A stretch of DNA of 64,000 nucleotides from an uncultured Thermoleophilia bacterium (GCA_963831295.1 CAWHPR010000004.1:2026-66025), one strand, 5' to 3'; positions 1 through 9,423 are shown, numbered from the stretch's first letter. Notes: a model not told the origin generated them from the sequence alone. Program-made: numbers and translations.

Positions 1-767
1 ACTCTCTCCCAGGTCGATGGCATCGTGAGTGCGCAGACCATGGTCGTACCGCATCTGGTCAAGGACATCGCCTTCTGGAAGCCGCCCGCGGCGACTGCGC
101 TCGAGCAGAGACGGGCGCACCGACACTCGAGCGCCGCCGCGCCCGGCCGGCGTCAGCCTTTCGCCGCGCGCAAGGCATCGGCCCTGTCTCCCGATGCCGC
201 CCACGAGGCGGCAAGGCGGAGCCCGGCCGGGAGTGTGTCCGGGTCCGTCGGCCCGCAGCCCGACGCCCATCGTCAAGGCGCGAGGTGGGAGGCCACCAGT
301 CTTCCGGACGTTCTGGATCGCCAGATCATGGGACTTCTCCGGGAGGATCCCCGCATGTCTTCCCGCGACATGGCTCGTCGCCTGGGAGACGTGTCGGATC
401 GTGTCGTGCGCTACCGGGTCAACCGTCTTCTGGATCGCGGCGTCGTCCTGGTGCAAGCAAGGGTCGATCCGCACGCGCTCGGGTACCCGGTCATCGCCGA
501 CATCCTCATCGAAGTCGCGCCCTGGAAGCTCGCCGCTGCATGCGCGAAGGTTGTCGCAATGGACCAGGTCAGCTACGTGAGCACCGCCCATGCCGGCCGC
601 GACAGCCGCGAGCTCAGCGTTGAGGTCAATGCGCGCCACACCGGCGAGTTGGCGGCGTTCGTGAAGAGCACGCTGCCCGCATCGACGGCATCGTGAGGAC
701 ACACACGATGGTGGTCCCGCGTCTGGTCAAGGACGTCGCCGATTGGGTGGTCCCCCGCCGGCTGTAG
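1..767 (+). pseudogene. Lrp/AsnC-family regulator with two tandem modules in one open frame (5' end lies outside the window). The conserved C-terminus is reached only after a 1-nt frameshift near 676-682.
   Basis: Frame 1 is open from nt 1. Nt 1-90 encode ..VDGIVSAQTMVVPHLVKDIAFW, the end of an AsnC-type domain. The second module has the HTH LDRQIMGLLREDPRMSSRDMARRLGDVSDRVVRYRVNRLLDRGVV. The ORF stops at 696, but the adjacent frame continues IDGIVRTHTMVVPRLVKDVADW to a stop at 765-767, mirroring the first module's end. Confidence 0.7.
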
Positions 768-1026
768 CGTCGGCGCGTGGCGTGACGCGCACGGCGGTCA
801 CTCGGTCTGCCTCAGGAGAGTTGCCCAACTGGCAAGCGCGGTCTTGCTGCGCCTTGACGGACACCGGAGGGTGCCCCTTATGGCGCTGCTCTTGCCCGCG
901 TAGGAGGCTGTGCGCAGGCTGACCGGCAGTGGCGCCGCGTGCGTGGGGGTCGCTGAGATATGTGGCGGAGAAGGGGTCCGTCGTCCCGCGGCAGCCCCAC
1001 TGCCAGGCTACGACCCAGGAGGTCAC

Positions 1027-2847
1027 ATGAACGTGGAACGCAAGAGTGCCGTCCGTCGACTCGTGCTTGCAGCGACACTCCTGCTGGTCGCAGGATGCAC
1101 GGTGACCTCGCCGGCCCTGGCGGAGAGCGCCTCGCCCTCGCCGCAGCAGGAGGCCGTGCTCCGAGTGGGTTGGGCCGTCAATCCGGACAACCTCAACCCG
1201 TTCGTCGGCTGGGAGACGACCTCCTACACCGTCTTCGACCTCAACTACGATTCGCTCGTGACCTACGACAAGGTCACGCTGGAGCCGGTACCCAACCTGG
1301 CTGAGAGCTGGGAGATCTCCGACGACCAGAAGGTCTGGACGTTCCACATTCGCCAGGGTGTCAAGTGGCACGACGGGGAGCCGCTGACCGCTCGTGACGT
1401 CGCGTTCACCTACATGTTCATCAAGGACCACGAGGTGGGCAACTTCGCTTCGCAGGTCGCCCACATCGACAGGATCGTGGCCACAGACGACTTCACGGTG
1501 ATGATGTATTGCGACGAACCGCTGGCCAAGATGCTCACGAACTGGGTGCCGATCCTGCCGGAGCACATCTGGAGCAAGATCCCGCCGAAAGAGGCGGCGA
1601 GCACCTTCGCGAACACGCCGCCCATCATCGGCTCCGGCCCGTTCCAGACCGTGGAGTGGAAGCCCGACTCGTACGTGCGCATGGTCGCCAACAAGGACTA
1701 TTTCGCCGGCGCCCCGAGCATCGATGAGATCCTCTTCTCGATCTACACCAACAAGGAGACCATCGCCGAGGACCTGAAGATCGGTGCGCTCGACGTGAGC
1801 TCCGACATCAGCCCGGCGGTGTACAGCCAGTTCGAGGGCAAGTCGGGCTTCGGTACCAACACCTCCTCGTACCCCGAGTTCCGAAGCGTGGGCTTCAACA
1901 TCTACGACAACGACGCCTCCCTCGGCCACCCCGTGCTGTTGGATCCTGCATTCCGTCGTGCGCTGAGCGTGGCGATCGACCGCGACAAGGTCACCGCACT
2001 CGCTTGGCAAGGTTACGCGACGGTCGGCTCCAGCCTGATCCTTCCCGACTACTACCAGAACCCCGACTACCACTGGGAGCCGCCGGCCGACATGGTGCAG
2101 AGCTTCGATCTGGAGAAGGCCAAGCAGATGCTGGACGAGGCCGGCTACACGGACACCGACGGCGATGGCGTTCGCGAGTACAAGGGAGAGCCGATAGAGC
2201 TGCGGCTCTGGGCTCTGAACGATGAGCCCGCATACGCGGTGGCGGCCAAGCTCATCCACGGCTGGTGGAAGTCCATAGGTCTGAAGATCGACTACTCCGT
2301 CGAGGATCCCGCGAGGGTCGGCGATGCCGTGCTCAACTACGTGGACGGCGAGTTGTCTCCCGACTTCGACGTGTTCGTGTGGGGTTGGGAGGGCACCTTC
2401 GACCCGGACTTCCTCCTCAAGGTGTACCTGACCGAGCAGATCGGTTCATGGAGCGACTCCGGCTGGTCGAACCCCGAGTTCGATCGTCTCTACGATGAGC
2501 AGTCCACCACCGTCGACCCCGAGAAGCGCAAAGAGATCATCTGGGAGATGCAGGAGCTGTTCTACCAGGAGGCGCCCAACCTGATCCTCGTGTACCCCTA
2601 CGGGCTTCAGGTCTACGACACGACCAGATGGGAGGGTTGGACGAAGATCCCCGCCGCGTCAGGCTCGGTGCTGGACAGGTGGTCATACCTGTCCATCCAG
2701 CCGAAGACGACGGAGTCATCGTCCGGCACCAGCAGTACCGGTCGCACCGTGGCGATCGTGGCAGGAGTGGTCCTTGTCGTCGCCCTCGCCGGCACGGCGC
2801 TGCTGTTGCGCAAGCGTCGCAGCGTCCGGCGTGAAGAGCTGACCTGA
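1027..2847 (+). CDS. ABC transporter substrate-binding protein, family 5 (peptide/nickel, DppA/OppA-like), a lipoprotein with an extra C-terminal TM anchor
   Basis: Lies in ORF 910-2847. Internal ATG at 1027 follows ccaggagg. Signal peptide plus lipobox MNVERKSAVRRLVLAATLLLVAGC. Length and sequence are typical of family-5 SBPs. C-terminus is an S/T-rich linker, then VAIVAGVVLVVALAGTALLL, then KRRSVRREE. Confidence 0.85.
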   Translation: MNVERKSAVRRLVLAATLLLVAGCTVTSPALAESASPSPQQEAVLRVGWAVNPDNLNPFVGWETTSYTVFDLNYDSLVTYDKVTLEPVPNLAESWEISDDQKVWTFHIRQGVKWHDGEPLTARDVAFTYMFIKDHEVGNFASQVAHIDRIVATDDFTVMMYCDEPLAKMLTNWVPILPEHIWSKIPPKEAASTFANTPPIIGSGPFQTVEWKPDSYVRMVANKDYFAGAPSIDEILFSIYTNKETIAEDLKIGALDVSSDISPAVYSQFEGKSGFGTNTSSYPEFRSVGFNIYDNDASLGHPVLLDPAFRRALSVAIDRDKVTALAWQGYATVGSSLILPDYYQNPDYHWEPPADMVQSFDLEKAKQMLDEAGYTDTDGDGVREYKGEPIELRLWALNDEPAYAVAAKLIHGWWKSIGLKIDYSVEDPARVGDAVLNYVDGELSPDFDVFVWGWEGTFDPDFLLKVYLTEQIGSWSDSGWSNPEFDRLYDEQSTTVDPEKRKEIIWEMQELFYQEAPNLILVYPYGLQVYDTTRWEGWTKIPAASGSVLDRWSYLSIQPKTTESSSGTSSTGRTVAIVAGVVLVVALAGTALLLRKRRSVRREELT

Positions 2848-2883
2848 GCCGGCGGCAGGCCTGGTAGGCGGACCGGTTCTCGT

Positions 2884-2927
2884 GCGCAGCCTTGCCGTGA
2901 GTGGTGATGCACACGGCAAGGCTGCGC
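2884..2927 (+). terminator. Perfect 16-bp stem hairpin downstream of the SBP gene
   Basis: gcgcagccttgccgtg (2884-2899) pairs with cacggcaaggctgcgc (2912-2927) around a 12-nt loop. There is no U-tract, which is common in high-GC genomes. Confidence 0.5.
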
Positions 2928-2978
2928 CGAGGTCACGGTCCCATCCAGCCAGACCGACGAGGAAAGCAGGCACAGAAT

Positions 2979-4073
2979 ATGTCCGCGTCCTTTCTGCACG
3001 TGTGCGCGCGCGGCGCCCACCGAGTGATCGGTCGCGCGATCGGCGAGGCGGCTGCGAGTCGGATCGCGACCGCGGTCTCCTTCTACAAGGAGCACTTCGC
3101 TCACATGGCCGGCATCTCGTTCGAAGAAGCCGAGAGCCGAGCGATGGAGTACCTGCCGCATGCCCGCCGTTGCCTGCCCCAATATGTGGACGAGCTCACG
3201 GGCATGGCCGAGGGGAGCCAGGTGCCGTTCGTCGAGCTTCTGGTCCTCAACTGCGCCGAGGAGTTCACGTGCGCTGCGGATGCCGGCGGCGCGGCGTCGC
3301 CCGATCGTAGGACCGTGGGTGAGCGTGGGTGCACTGTGGCGGGCGTCGTGCGCGGCGATCGTCACGTTGTGGGCCAGAACATGGACTGGTATGTCGTCGA
3401 TGTGGACACGAACGTCCTCTTCGACCTCACGATGGTCGACGGCACCCGCCTGCTGACGATCGGCAGCGTGCCCTACTTGCCCATGGCTGGCATGAACTCG
3501 CACGGTGTCGCCTATGGAGGCAACGCGGTCTACTCGAACGACAACCGATTGGGTGTCCCCAATGCGTTCGTGCGTCGCTGGGTGCTCGAGGCAGCGACAC
3601 TGGAGGAAGCATACGCGCGCGCCTGCATGCCTGGACGCGCGCGCGGATCCAACCACTTCCTCGCGGATACGGCAGGGCGTCTCTGGAACGTGGAGACGTC
3701 GTCCGGTCGGGCGAGCCGTGTGGACTCGTCCAAATGGCTGGCGCACACGAATCACTATGTCACGCCCGATATGGCGAGCTACGAGAGCAACCACGGCGAG
3801 GAGTCCCGGTCGCGACTGGCCAGCGCGGAAGCCGCCCTCGCCCGAGGGTATGAGAGTGCGGAAGACCCTGTCGAGTTGCTGACGTCCCTGTTGCGCAGTC
3901 ACGACGAAAGCAGCGGCGCGGGCGGCGCCGTCTGTGTCCACCCCGACATGTCCCTACGGGTCGCGGATCGCGGCACGACAGCCGCGAGCATGGTCATGGA
4001 TCTCGACCAGGGACGGCTGTCGGCGTGCGCGGGGCCGCCGTGCGAGAACGCCTATCAGGAGTTCGTCCTGTGA
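2979..4073 (+). CDS. Peptidase C45 / acyl-CoA:6-aminopenicillanic-acid acyltransferase-family protein
   Basis: Lies in ORF 2901-4073. ATG at 2979 follows ggaaagcagg. Family-like motifs: ERGCTVAG (candidate nucleophile Cys), GQNMDW, MNSHGVAYGGN, GSNHFLAD, HTNHY. Confidence 0.7.
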   Translation: MSASFLHVCARGAHRVIGRAIGEAAASRIATAVSFYKEHFAHMAGISFEEAESRAMEYLPHARRCLPQYVDELTGMAEGSQVPFVELLVLNCAEEFTCAADAGGAASPDRRTVGERGCTVAGVVRGDRHVVGQNMDWYVVDVDTNVLFDLTMVDGTRLLTIGSVPYLPMAGMNSHGVAYGGNAVYSNDNRLGVPNAFVRRWVLEAATLEEAYARACMPGRARGSNHFLADTAGRLWNVETSSGRASRVDSSKWLAHTNHYVTPDMASYESNHGEESRSRLASAEAALARGYESAEDPVELLTSLLRSHDESSGAGGAVCVHPDMSLRVADRGTTAASMVMDLDQGRLSACAGPPCENAYQEFVL

Positions 4074-4160
4074 GCCCGGTCGAGGACGCGTACGACGGTG
4101 CACTGCGGTACGCTGGGCTGCGCGGCGCCTTCGCAGAGAGAGCAGATCGGCCCGGGCCCG

Positions 4161-4934
4161 TCAGGCCACGTTCATCGCCCGCAGCCGCCAGGTCGCAAGG
4201 ACGACCGCGATGACCGACGCGATCGCCAGGGTGGCGAGCGAGCCGGACAGGCCGATCGCGTTCTCGAGCGCGAAGTCCGGATCGTCCGTGAGGGCCGCGA
4301 AGATCGAGCCGACGAAGTGCCGGATGCTCACGTACCGCAGGCCGGGGACGAAGCGCCCCAGGATCGACTCCCACACGAAGAGGTAGATGAGGGCGGCCAC
4401 CAGCGCGCGCGAGATCAGCAGGCTGACGAGCATGAAGATCGACGAGTACGTGATCGTGGCGACGAGCGCGGCGACGATCATGGCGAAGAGCAGCCGCAGA
4501 TGCTCGCCGGAGTCGCCCTGCATCACCAGCAGGTAGGCCATGGTCAGGCCGAGCACCACGATCGGCCCCGAGACCATCACGCTGCCGGCGAGCTTCTCGA
4601 TCACGATCCGGGACCGGCTGACCGGCTTGAGGGTGAGGAAGGGCAGCGTGCGGTCCTCCACCTCGTTGCCGAACGCACTCGTCGCGAGGACCAGCACGAT
4701 GAGCGGCAGGAGCGTCGGGATCATCAACTCGATGAAGACCGCCTTGCCGAGGAAGAGGTCGGGTCGCGCCCAGTCCGGCTGGATGAGGTAGATCGCGCCG
4801 AAGAGGAGCGGGAGAAGGGCAAGGCCGCTCACGACCCTGATGGCCTTGCCCTCCAGGAACTGCCTGACCGTGAGCGTCGACGATGGGAAGACGTTGCCGG
4901 ATGATGTTCACTGGTATCGCCGCCCGCCTGTCAT
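4161..4934 (-). pseudogene. ABC-2 type transporter permease with an in-frame TGA at 4908-4910 (or a shortened gene starting at GTG 4832)
   Basis: ORF 4161-4832 encodes a six-TM ABC-2 permease. Upstream in the same frame is typical N-terminal sequence TLTVRQFLEGKAIRV. ATG 4932-4934 overlaps the upstream ATPase stop (ATGA), but codon 9 is TGA. Confidence 0.6.
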
Positions 4935-5918
4935 CTCTCCACCAGATACGAGAACACCGACTGCAGCGACTCGTCTCCGGCCTGGACCTCGAAGAGGCGG
5001 ATGTCCGCCTGTCTCGCCAGGTCCGGCAGGGCTTTGTAGAAGCCGCGAGCGTCGCTCGTCTCCGCCAGGATGCGGCTCTCGCTCTCGACCTTGACCGAAC
5101 GCGTGGCGGGGTGCCCGATGAGCGCGACCGCGAGCCGGCGCGGGTGGTCTGACCGGATCCGGACCGTGTGGTCGTGCCCGTCGATCTTGTCGCGGATGAC
5201 GCGGTAGTCACCGACGGCAGCCAGCCTGCCGTTCACGAGGACGATGATGTCGTCGGCGAAGCGTTCGACCTCGGCCAGGACGTGCGACGAGACCAGGATC
5301 GTCTTCGTGCGTCCGAGCGCGCGGATCAGGTCGATCATGTGGGCGCGCTGGGCGGGGTCCATGCCGCTCAGCGGCTCGTCCATGAGCACGACGTCCGGGT
5401 CGTGGACCAGCGCGCCCGCCACCTTGATCCGCTGGCGCATGCCCTTCGAGTAGCCGCCGATGCGCCGGTCGGCCGCGGCGGTCATCTCGACGGTCGCGAG
5501 GGCATGGTCGGTCGCCTGGCCGGCGTTCTTCAGCTTCTGCAGGGTCGCGTTGAGGCGCACGAACTCGCGACCCGTCAGGAACGGATAGACCGTCTCCGAT
5601 TCGTGCACGAGGCCGAAGCGGCGGTACAGGTCGACGGCGCCTCGGATCGGGCGTCCGTGGATCCGGATCGTCCCGCTCGAGGGGCGGAGCAGGCCGGCCA
5701 TCATCTTCAGGATGGTCGACTTGCCCGCGCCGTTGGGCCCGAGCAGGGCGGTGACGCCCGGCGCGACCCCGAAGGAGACGTCGGAGACGGCGACGATGTC
5801 GCGGTACCACTTGGAGACGCCCTCGACGAGGATCGTCGGCTCGGTCCCCGCGACGACGCCGGGGAGGAGGACCGGGGCCGCCGCCGCGCCGGCGGCCGAA
5901 GGGGGTCCTGCCGCTCAT
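4931..5918 (-). pseudogene. ABC transporter ATP-binding protein, frameshifted near its 5' end
   Basis: Walker A LLGPNGAGKSTILKMMAGLL, signature YSKGMRQR and Walker B VVLMDEPLSGMD are present. The frame containing Walker A has no start codon. The coupled ATG (5916-5918) is in another frame. Removing one G from the G5 run at 5901-5905 joins MSGRTP to SAAGAAAAPVLLPGVVAGTEPTILVEGVSKWY. Confidence 0.65.
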
Positions 5919-5919
5919 C

Positions 5920-6824
5920 TCAGTCCTCCGGCACATAGCGCCAGATCATCACCGCACAGCCGATGACGATCGTCACAGTCATGCCCGCAGCATACGCCCA
6001 CCACTGGAACGGGATGTCGACGCCACCGGTTCCGCATCGGGAAGAGCGAGTACGCGAGGCTGTTCGCGATCGTCGCCGGACTGAGGAAGGTGATCCAGTC
6101 GGCGATGCCGTGCTCGCGCAGCGCGTAGGCGAGCGTGTTGACGAGGCCCTCCGTCACCAGGTAGCCGACGACGATCACGGGGATGGCGATCACCTTCCGT
6201 CCCGTGAACGACGAGATCGCCAGCCCGATCGCGCCGAGATAGAGCGAGATGAGCCCGCCGGCGAGGGCGATCCTCGCGAGGTCGCCGATGTTGTCCGCGA
6301 GCGCGCTCAGCGGTGCGTCCGCGAGCAGATTGCGGAAGAGCCAGAGGATCGCCGCCGGCACGAACGACAGCGTCAGCGTGAGGATCGCCGTCGCCGCGAG
6401 CTTGGCCAGCACGTAGTCCAGCCGGGTGATCGCCCTGGAGAAGTAGAGCGTCAGGACGTTCTCGCGGCGGTCGGGGCAGAGCATCTCCGGCGCGATCGTC
6501 GCGACGAAGAGCCCCTCGATGACGAAGATGAAGCCGAAGAAGTCGCCGTACTCCATCAGCGCTCTGCCGGTCAGGGGCGCGAGGAACGCCTCGACTCCGA
6601 TCACGACGAGCACGGTCCCGGCCGCGACCGCGTAGAGGATGATCGGGACGATCTTCGCGGTCCAGCGCTTCCTGATCCCGAGCGCTCTGCTGATCGAGTA
6701 TCGGGTCAGGGCGCGGAAGGCGTGACGACCGGCCGAGGCGTTCCCCCTCGTAGTGCTTGTAGCCGCGGTCGTAGACCTCGCCGTAGCGCCCGGGCCGGCC
6801 CGTCGCCTTGTCAGGAGCCGCCAT
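5920..6824 (-). pseudogene. ABC-2 family permease (YDRGYKHYEG-type N-terminus) split over three reading frames
   Basis: The N-terminus MAAPDKATGRPGRYGEVYDRGYKHYEGERLGR is in the frame of ORF 5979-6860. The TM core is ORF 5915-6613. The C-terminal TM helix GVDIPFQWWAYAAGMTVTIVIGCAVMIWRYVPED* is in the third frame (stop 5920-5922). The shifts lie near 6722-6732 and 6010-6045. Confidence 0.6.
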
Positions 6825-7804
6825 CGGCGTCTCCCGCCTCGGCAGGTCGCTCGACCTCACCGATGTAGATGTCCTCGAGCGACTGCACGGGCTGTCGCAG
6901 CGAGCGCAGGCCGACGCCGAGATCGGCGGCCACGTCGCGCAGCGCGTCGAAGACGCGGTCGTCGTCGTGGCGGACCACCAGCTCGTCGCGCGCGGTCAGC
7001 TCGTCTCCTGAACCCCGGACCGCGTGGACCCCGACACCGGCAAGCCGCTGGATGAACGCGTCGACATCACCGTCGATCCGGACGCGCAGATCGCCCTGCT
7101 CGGTCCCGATGCCTTCGATCGGCTGTGCGAGCACGAGTCTTGCCCTCGCTCAAGATCACGACGTAGTCGCAGACACGCTCGACGTCCTCGAGGATGTGCG
7201 AGGAGACGATCAGCGAGATGCCGAGCATCCGATGGGTCCGCTTGATCAGATCGAGCATGTCGTCTCGACCCTGCGGGTCCATCCCGATGGTCGGTTCGTC
7301 GAGGCAGAGGAGCCCGGGATCGTGCACGATCGCCTGCGCGAGCTTGACGCGCTGCTTCATGCCGGTGGACAGACCCTTGATCAGGCGGTAGCGCTCTTCG
7401 TCGAGGCCGACCTGGTAGAGCACGTCGGCGGCTCGAAGGCGAGCCGCGCGGGCGGGCAGGCCGCTCATCTCGGCCATGTGGCCCACGAGATCGGCAGCCG
7501 TCGTGCCCGCCGGCAGCACATCGGACTCCGGCATGTAGCCGACGTGCTCACGGACCTTGACGCCCTGCGAGCGGGTGTCGAGGCCGAGCACGCTGGCCGT
7601 GCCCTCGGTGGGGTCCGTCAGCCCGAGCAGGATCCGGAGCAGGGTCGTCTTGCCGGCCCCGTTGGCGCCGAGCAGGCCGACCGCGGCTCGCGGGATCGTC
7701 AGATCGAGGCGATCCAGGGCGACGACATCCCCGAAGCGCTTGCGCACGCCGCGGATCTCGACGGCCGGCTGCGCCACGGCGCTCTGTGCACCATCAGCTG
7801 ACAA
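6811..7804 (-). pseudogene. ABC transporter ATP-binding protein, frameshifted near 7138
   Basis: ORF 7067-7804 carries Walker A GANGAGKTT, signature LSTGMKQR and Walker [13 protein letters not shown], then turns Arg-rich after ..VVILSEGK. ORF 6811-7134 supplies the expected C-terminal domain LVLAQPIEGIGTEQGDLRVRIDGD...SLEDIYIGEV. Confidence 0.65.
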
Positions 7805-7880
7805 TCGGGGTCGTCCTCCTGATCGCGAGCGGTTCGATGCGTGGTCCGGCTCCTATGATAGTGCGCGCGCCGGGTCTCGC

Positions 7881-8116
7881 GTGAGCGCCGGCGGCGCGCC
7901 GACGTCGAGCCGGCGTGTGCCCGCCGGGCGTACCGGCCGCGGCGGGAGAGCCAGGTCGCCTCGCGGACGAGCCCGTCGGAGAAGGCGAGCACCCGATTGC
8001 GCCCGGCGCGTTTGGCCGCGTACATCGCCCAGTCCGCCTTGTCGAGCAGTTCGTCCTTCGCGGCGGCGTCATCTGGGTAGGTGGCCACGCCGATGCTCAC
8101 GGTCAGAGGACGGCCC
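7881..8116 (-). repeat. Direct-repeat copy A: a displaced 3' fragment of the GGDEF gene plus its downstream sequence
   Basis: Nt 7946-8106 are 161/161 identical to 9889-10049 and encode PLTVSIGVATYPDDAAAKDELLDKADWAMYAAKRAGRNRVLAFSDGLVREATWLS. The flank 7881-7945 is about 85% identical to 9825-9888, with one indel. The stop codon of copy B is not conserved in copy A. Confidence 0.9.
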
Positions 8117-8175
8117 GCGGCCGCCGCACGCGCCGCCCGACCTTGTCTGCTGGCGGCGCGAAGCCGCCACACGAT

Positions 8176-8198
8176 TGATATTATGAGCATACGCTCTC
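8176..8198 (+). promoter_or_regulatory. Motif copy A: tgatattatgagcatacgctctc, containing the near-palindrome GAGCATAnGCTC
   Basis: An AT-rich island in a 70% GC background, about 210 nt upstream of the CGGC gene. It shares 21/23 nt with copy B at 8899-8921. Confidence 0.45.
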
Positions 8199-8405
8199 TT
8201 CGGGTACGAGGCTGCCTCCTTCAGCATGAGGCTGGCGGAGTCCTTGACGAGACGGAAGGGCGACAGGTGCGTCCGCATGACGGCGCTCATGGCGGCGCCA
8301 CAGAGTCCTGAGCGAGCATGTCCGGCGACATCGTCGAGAGCTCGTCGGCGTGCCGCACGTGGGTTCACAGGAGCGCTGCCCACCGCTCAGGAGGAGGCAA
8401 ACGTC

Positions 8406-8843
8406 GTGAAGAAGATCGGCATCATCATCTGTGACCGCTATCACACCTGCGCCGGAGGCAAGTGTCTGCGGGCCATGCGCCAGCGAGAGGGTGCGTTTGC
8501 CCGCTACGGCGATGAAGAGATCGAGCTGGTCGGTTATACGACCTGCGGCGGATGTCCGGGCGGCAACGTCGAATACGCCCCCGCCGAGATGAAGAAGAAC
8601 GGCGCCGGGGTGGTGCACCTTGCCACCGGTCTGGTGGTCGGGTACCCGCCCTGCCCCCGGCTCGAGACGTTCGAGGCGCTTCTCGCGGAGAAGTACGGCA
8701 TGGAGGTGGTCGTCGGCACCCACCCCATCCCGGAGAGCTACTTTCAGACGCACACGAGCTTGAGGACGTGGGACTCTGCGCGCTGGCAGGAGCGCGTCAA
8801 GGACCTGCTGGCGAACGAGGAGACTCGGCGCGCGTACGACTGA
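8406..8843 (+). CDS. CGGC domain-containing protein
   Basis: GTG at 8406 follows caggaggagg. The sequence VKKIGIIICDRYHTCAGGKCL...VGYTTCGGCPGGN...GYPPCP shows the Cys pattern and central CGGC of the CGGC domain family. Confidence 0.8.
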   Translation: MKKIGIIICDRYHTCAGGKCLRAMRQREGAFARYGDEEIELVGYTTCGGCPGGNVEYAPAEMKKNGAGVVHLATGLVVGYPPCPRLETFEALLAEKYGMEVVVGTHPIPESYFQTHTSLRTWDSARWQERVKDLLANEETRRAYD

Positions 8844-8898
8844 TCGCTCGCGGCAGCACCTGTGCGGCGGGGAGGGACTGAAAGTGCCGTCTCGCCAG

Positions 8899-8927
8899 TG
8901 ATATTATGAGCATATGCTCTCTATACT
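8899..8927 (+). promoter_or_regulatory. Motif copy B with a promoter-like layout: TGATAT, a 17-nt spacer holding the perfect palindrome GAGCATATGCTC, then TATACT
   Basis: tgatat (8899-8904), spacer tatgagcatatgctctc, tatact (8922-8927). It lies about 65 nt upstream of the NifU-like start. Confidence 0.5.
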
Positions 8928-8991
8928 AAGTGCCGCCCGGCCTGCGGACTACGTTCGTGCAGGCGAGCTGAGAGAGAGAAGGAGAAGAGAA

Positions 8992-9423
8992 GTGGCATGT
9001 GACGATGGAGGCGGCTTCTCGCCGGTAGCACTCGATCATGCGCTGTATCCGCGCCACTGCGGGCCGGCGCAGCAGTACGACGGGCATGTCCGCATCACGG
9101 GACCCTGCGGCGACACGATGGAGTTCTGGGTGACTCTCCGGGAGGCCTCCATCGAGCGCGTCTCCTTCGTGACGGACGGCTGCGGCGCTTCACGCGCATG
9201 CGGGAGCATGGCAGTGACACTGGCTGAGGGGAGGCGCCTCGACCAGGCGCTCGCGCTCGAGCAGGCAGAGATCCTCGATGCGCTCGGCGGGATACCGGCG
9301 GAGTCGGAGCATTGTGCGCTCTTGGCCGCCACGACGCTGCGAGCCGCCTGCCGAGAGTGTCTGCCTCACCAAGCCGGAGGGCGCGCACAGGTGCCCACCG
9401 GGGAGATAGCACAGGAGGAATGA
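8992..9423 (+). CDS. NifU/IscU-like Fe-S cluster scaffold domain protein
   Basis: GTG at 8992 follows gaaggagaag. The three scaffold cysteines are in context: TGPCGDTMEFW, DGCGASRACGS, EHCALLAATTL. Confidence 0.8.
   Translation: MACDDGGGFSPVALDHALYPRHCGPAQQYDGHVRITGPCGDTMEFWVTLREASIERVSFVTDGCGASRACGSMAVTLAEGRRLDQALALEQAEILDALGGIPAESEHCALLAATTLRAACRECLPHQAGGRAQVPTGEIAQEE

Noticed and set aside
727-2259. 510-aa minus-strand ORF
   Set aside because: It is antisense to the well-supported SBP gene. Its Arg/Gly/His-rich, low-complexity translation is a typical shadow ORF of a high-GC genome.
4908-4910. TGA recoding (genetic code 4/25 or selenocysteine)
   Set aside because: TGA clearly terminates many well-supported genes in this window (for example at 2845-2847 and 4071-4073). 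I saw no SECIS-like context, and the neighbouring genes are also damaged.
7699-8190. 163-aa ORF as a functional small GGDEF protein
   Set aside because: Only about 60 residues match the GGDEF C-terminus. It lacks the catalytic GGEEF region, and the rest is Arg-rich read-through. I treat it as a displaced gene fragment.
8226-8405. N-terminal extension of the CGGC ORF (start at 8226)
   Set aside because: The extension is Arg/Ala-rich with mixed GC3. A strong RBS (caggaggagg) precedes GTG 8406, where the family similarity begins.
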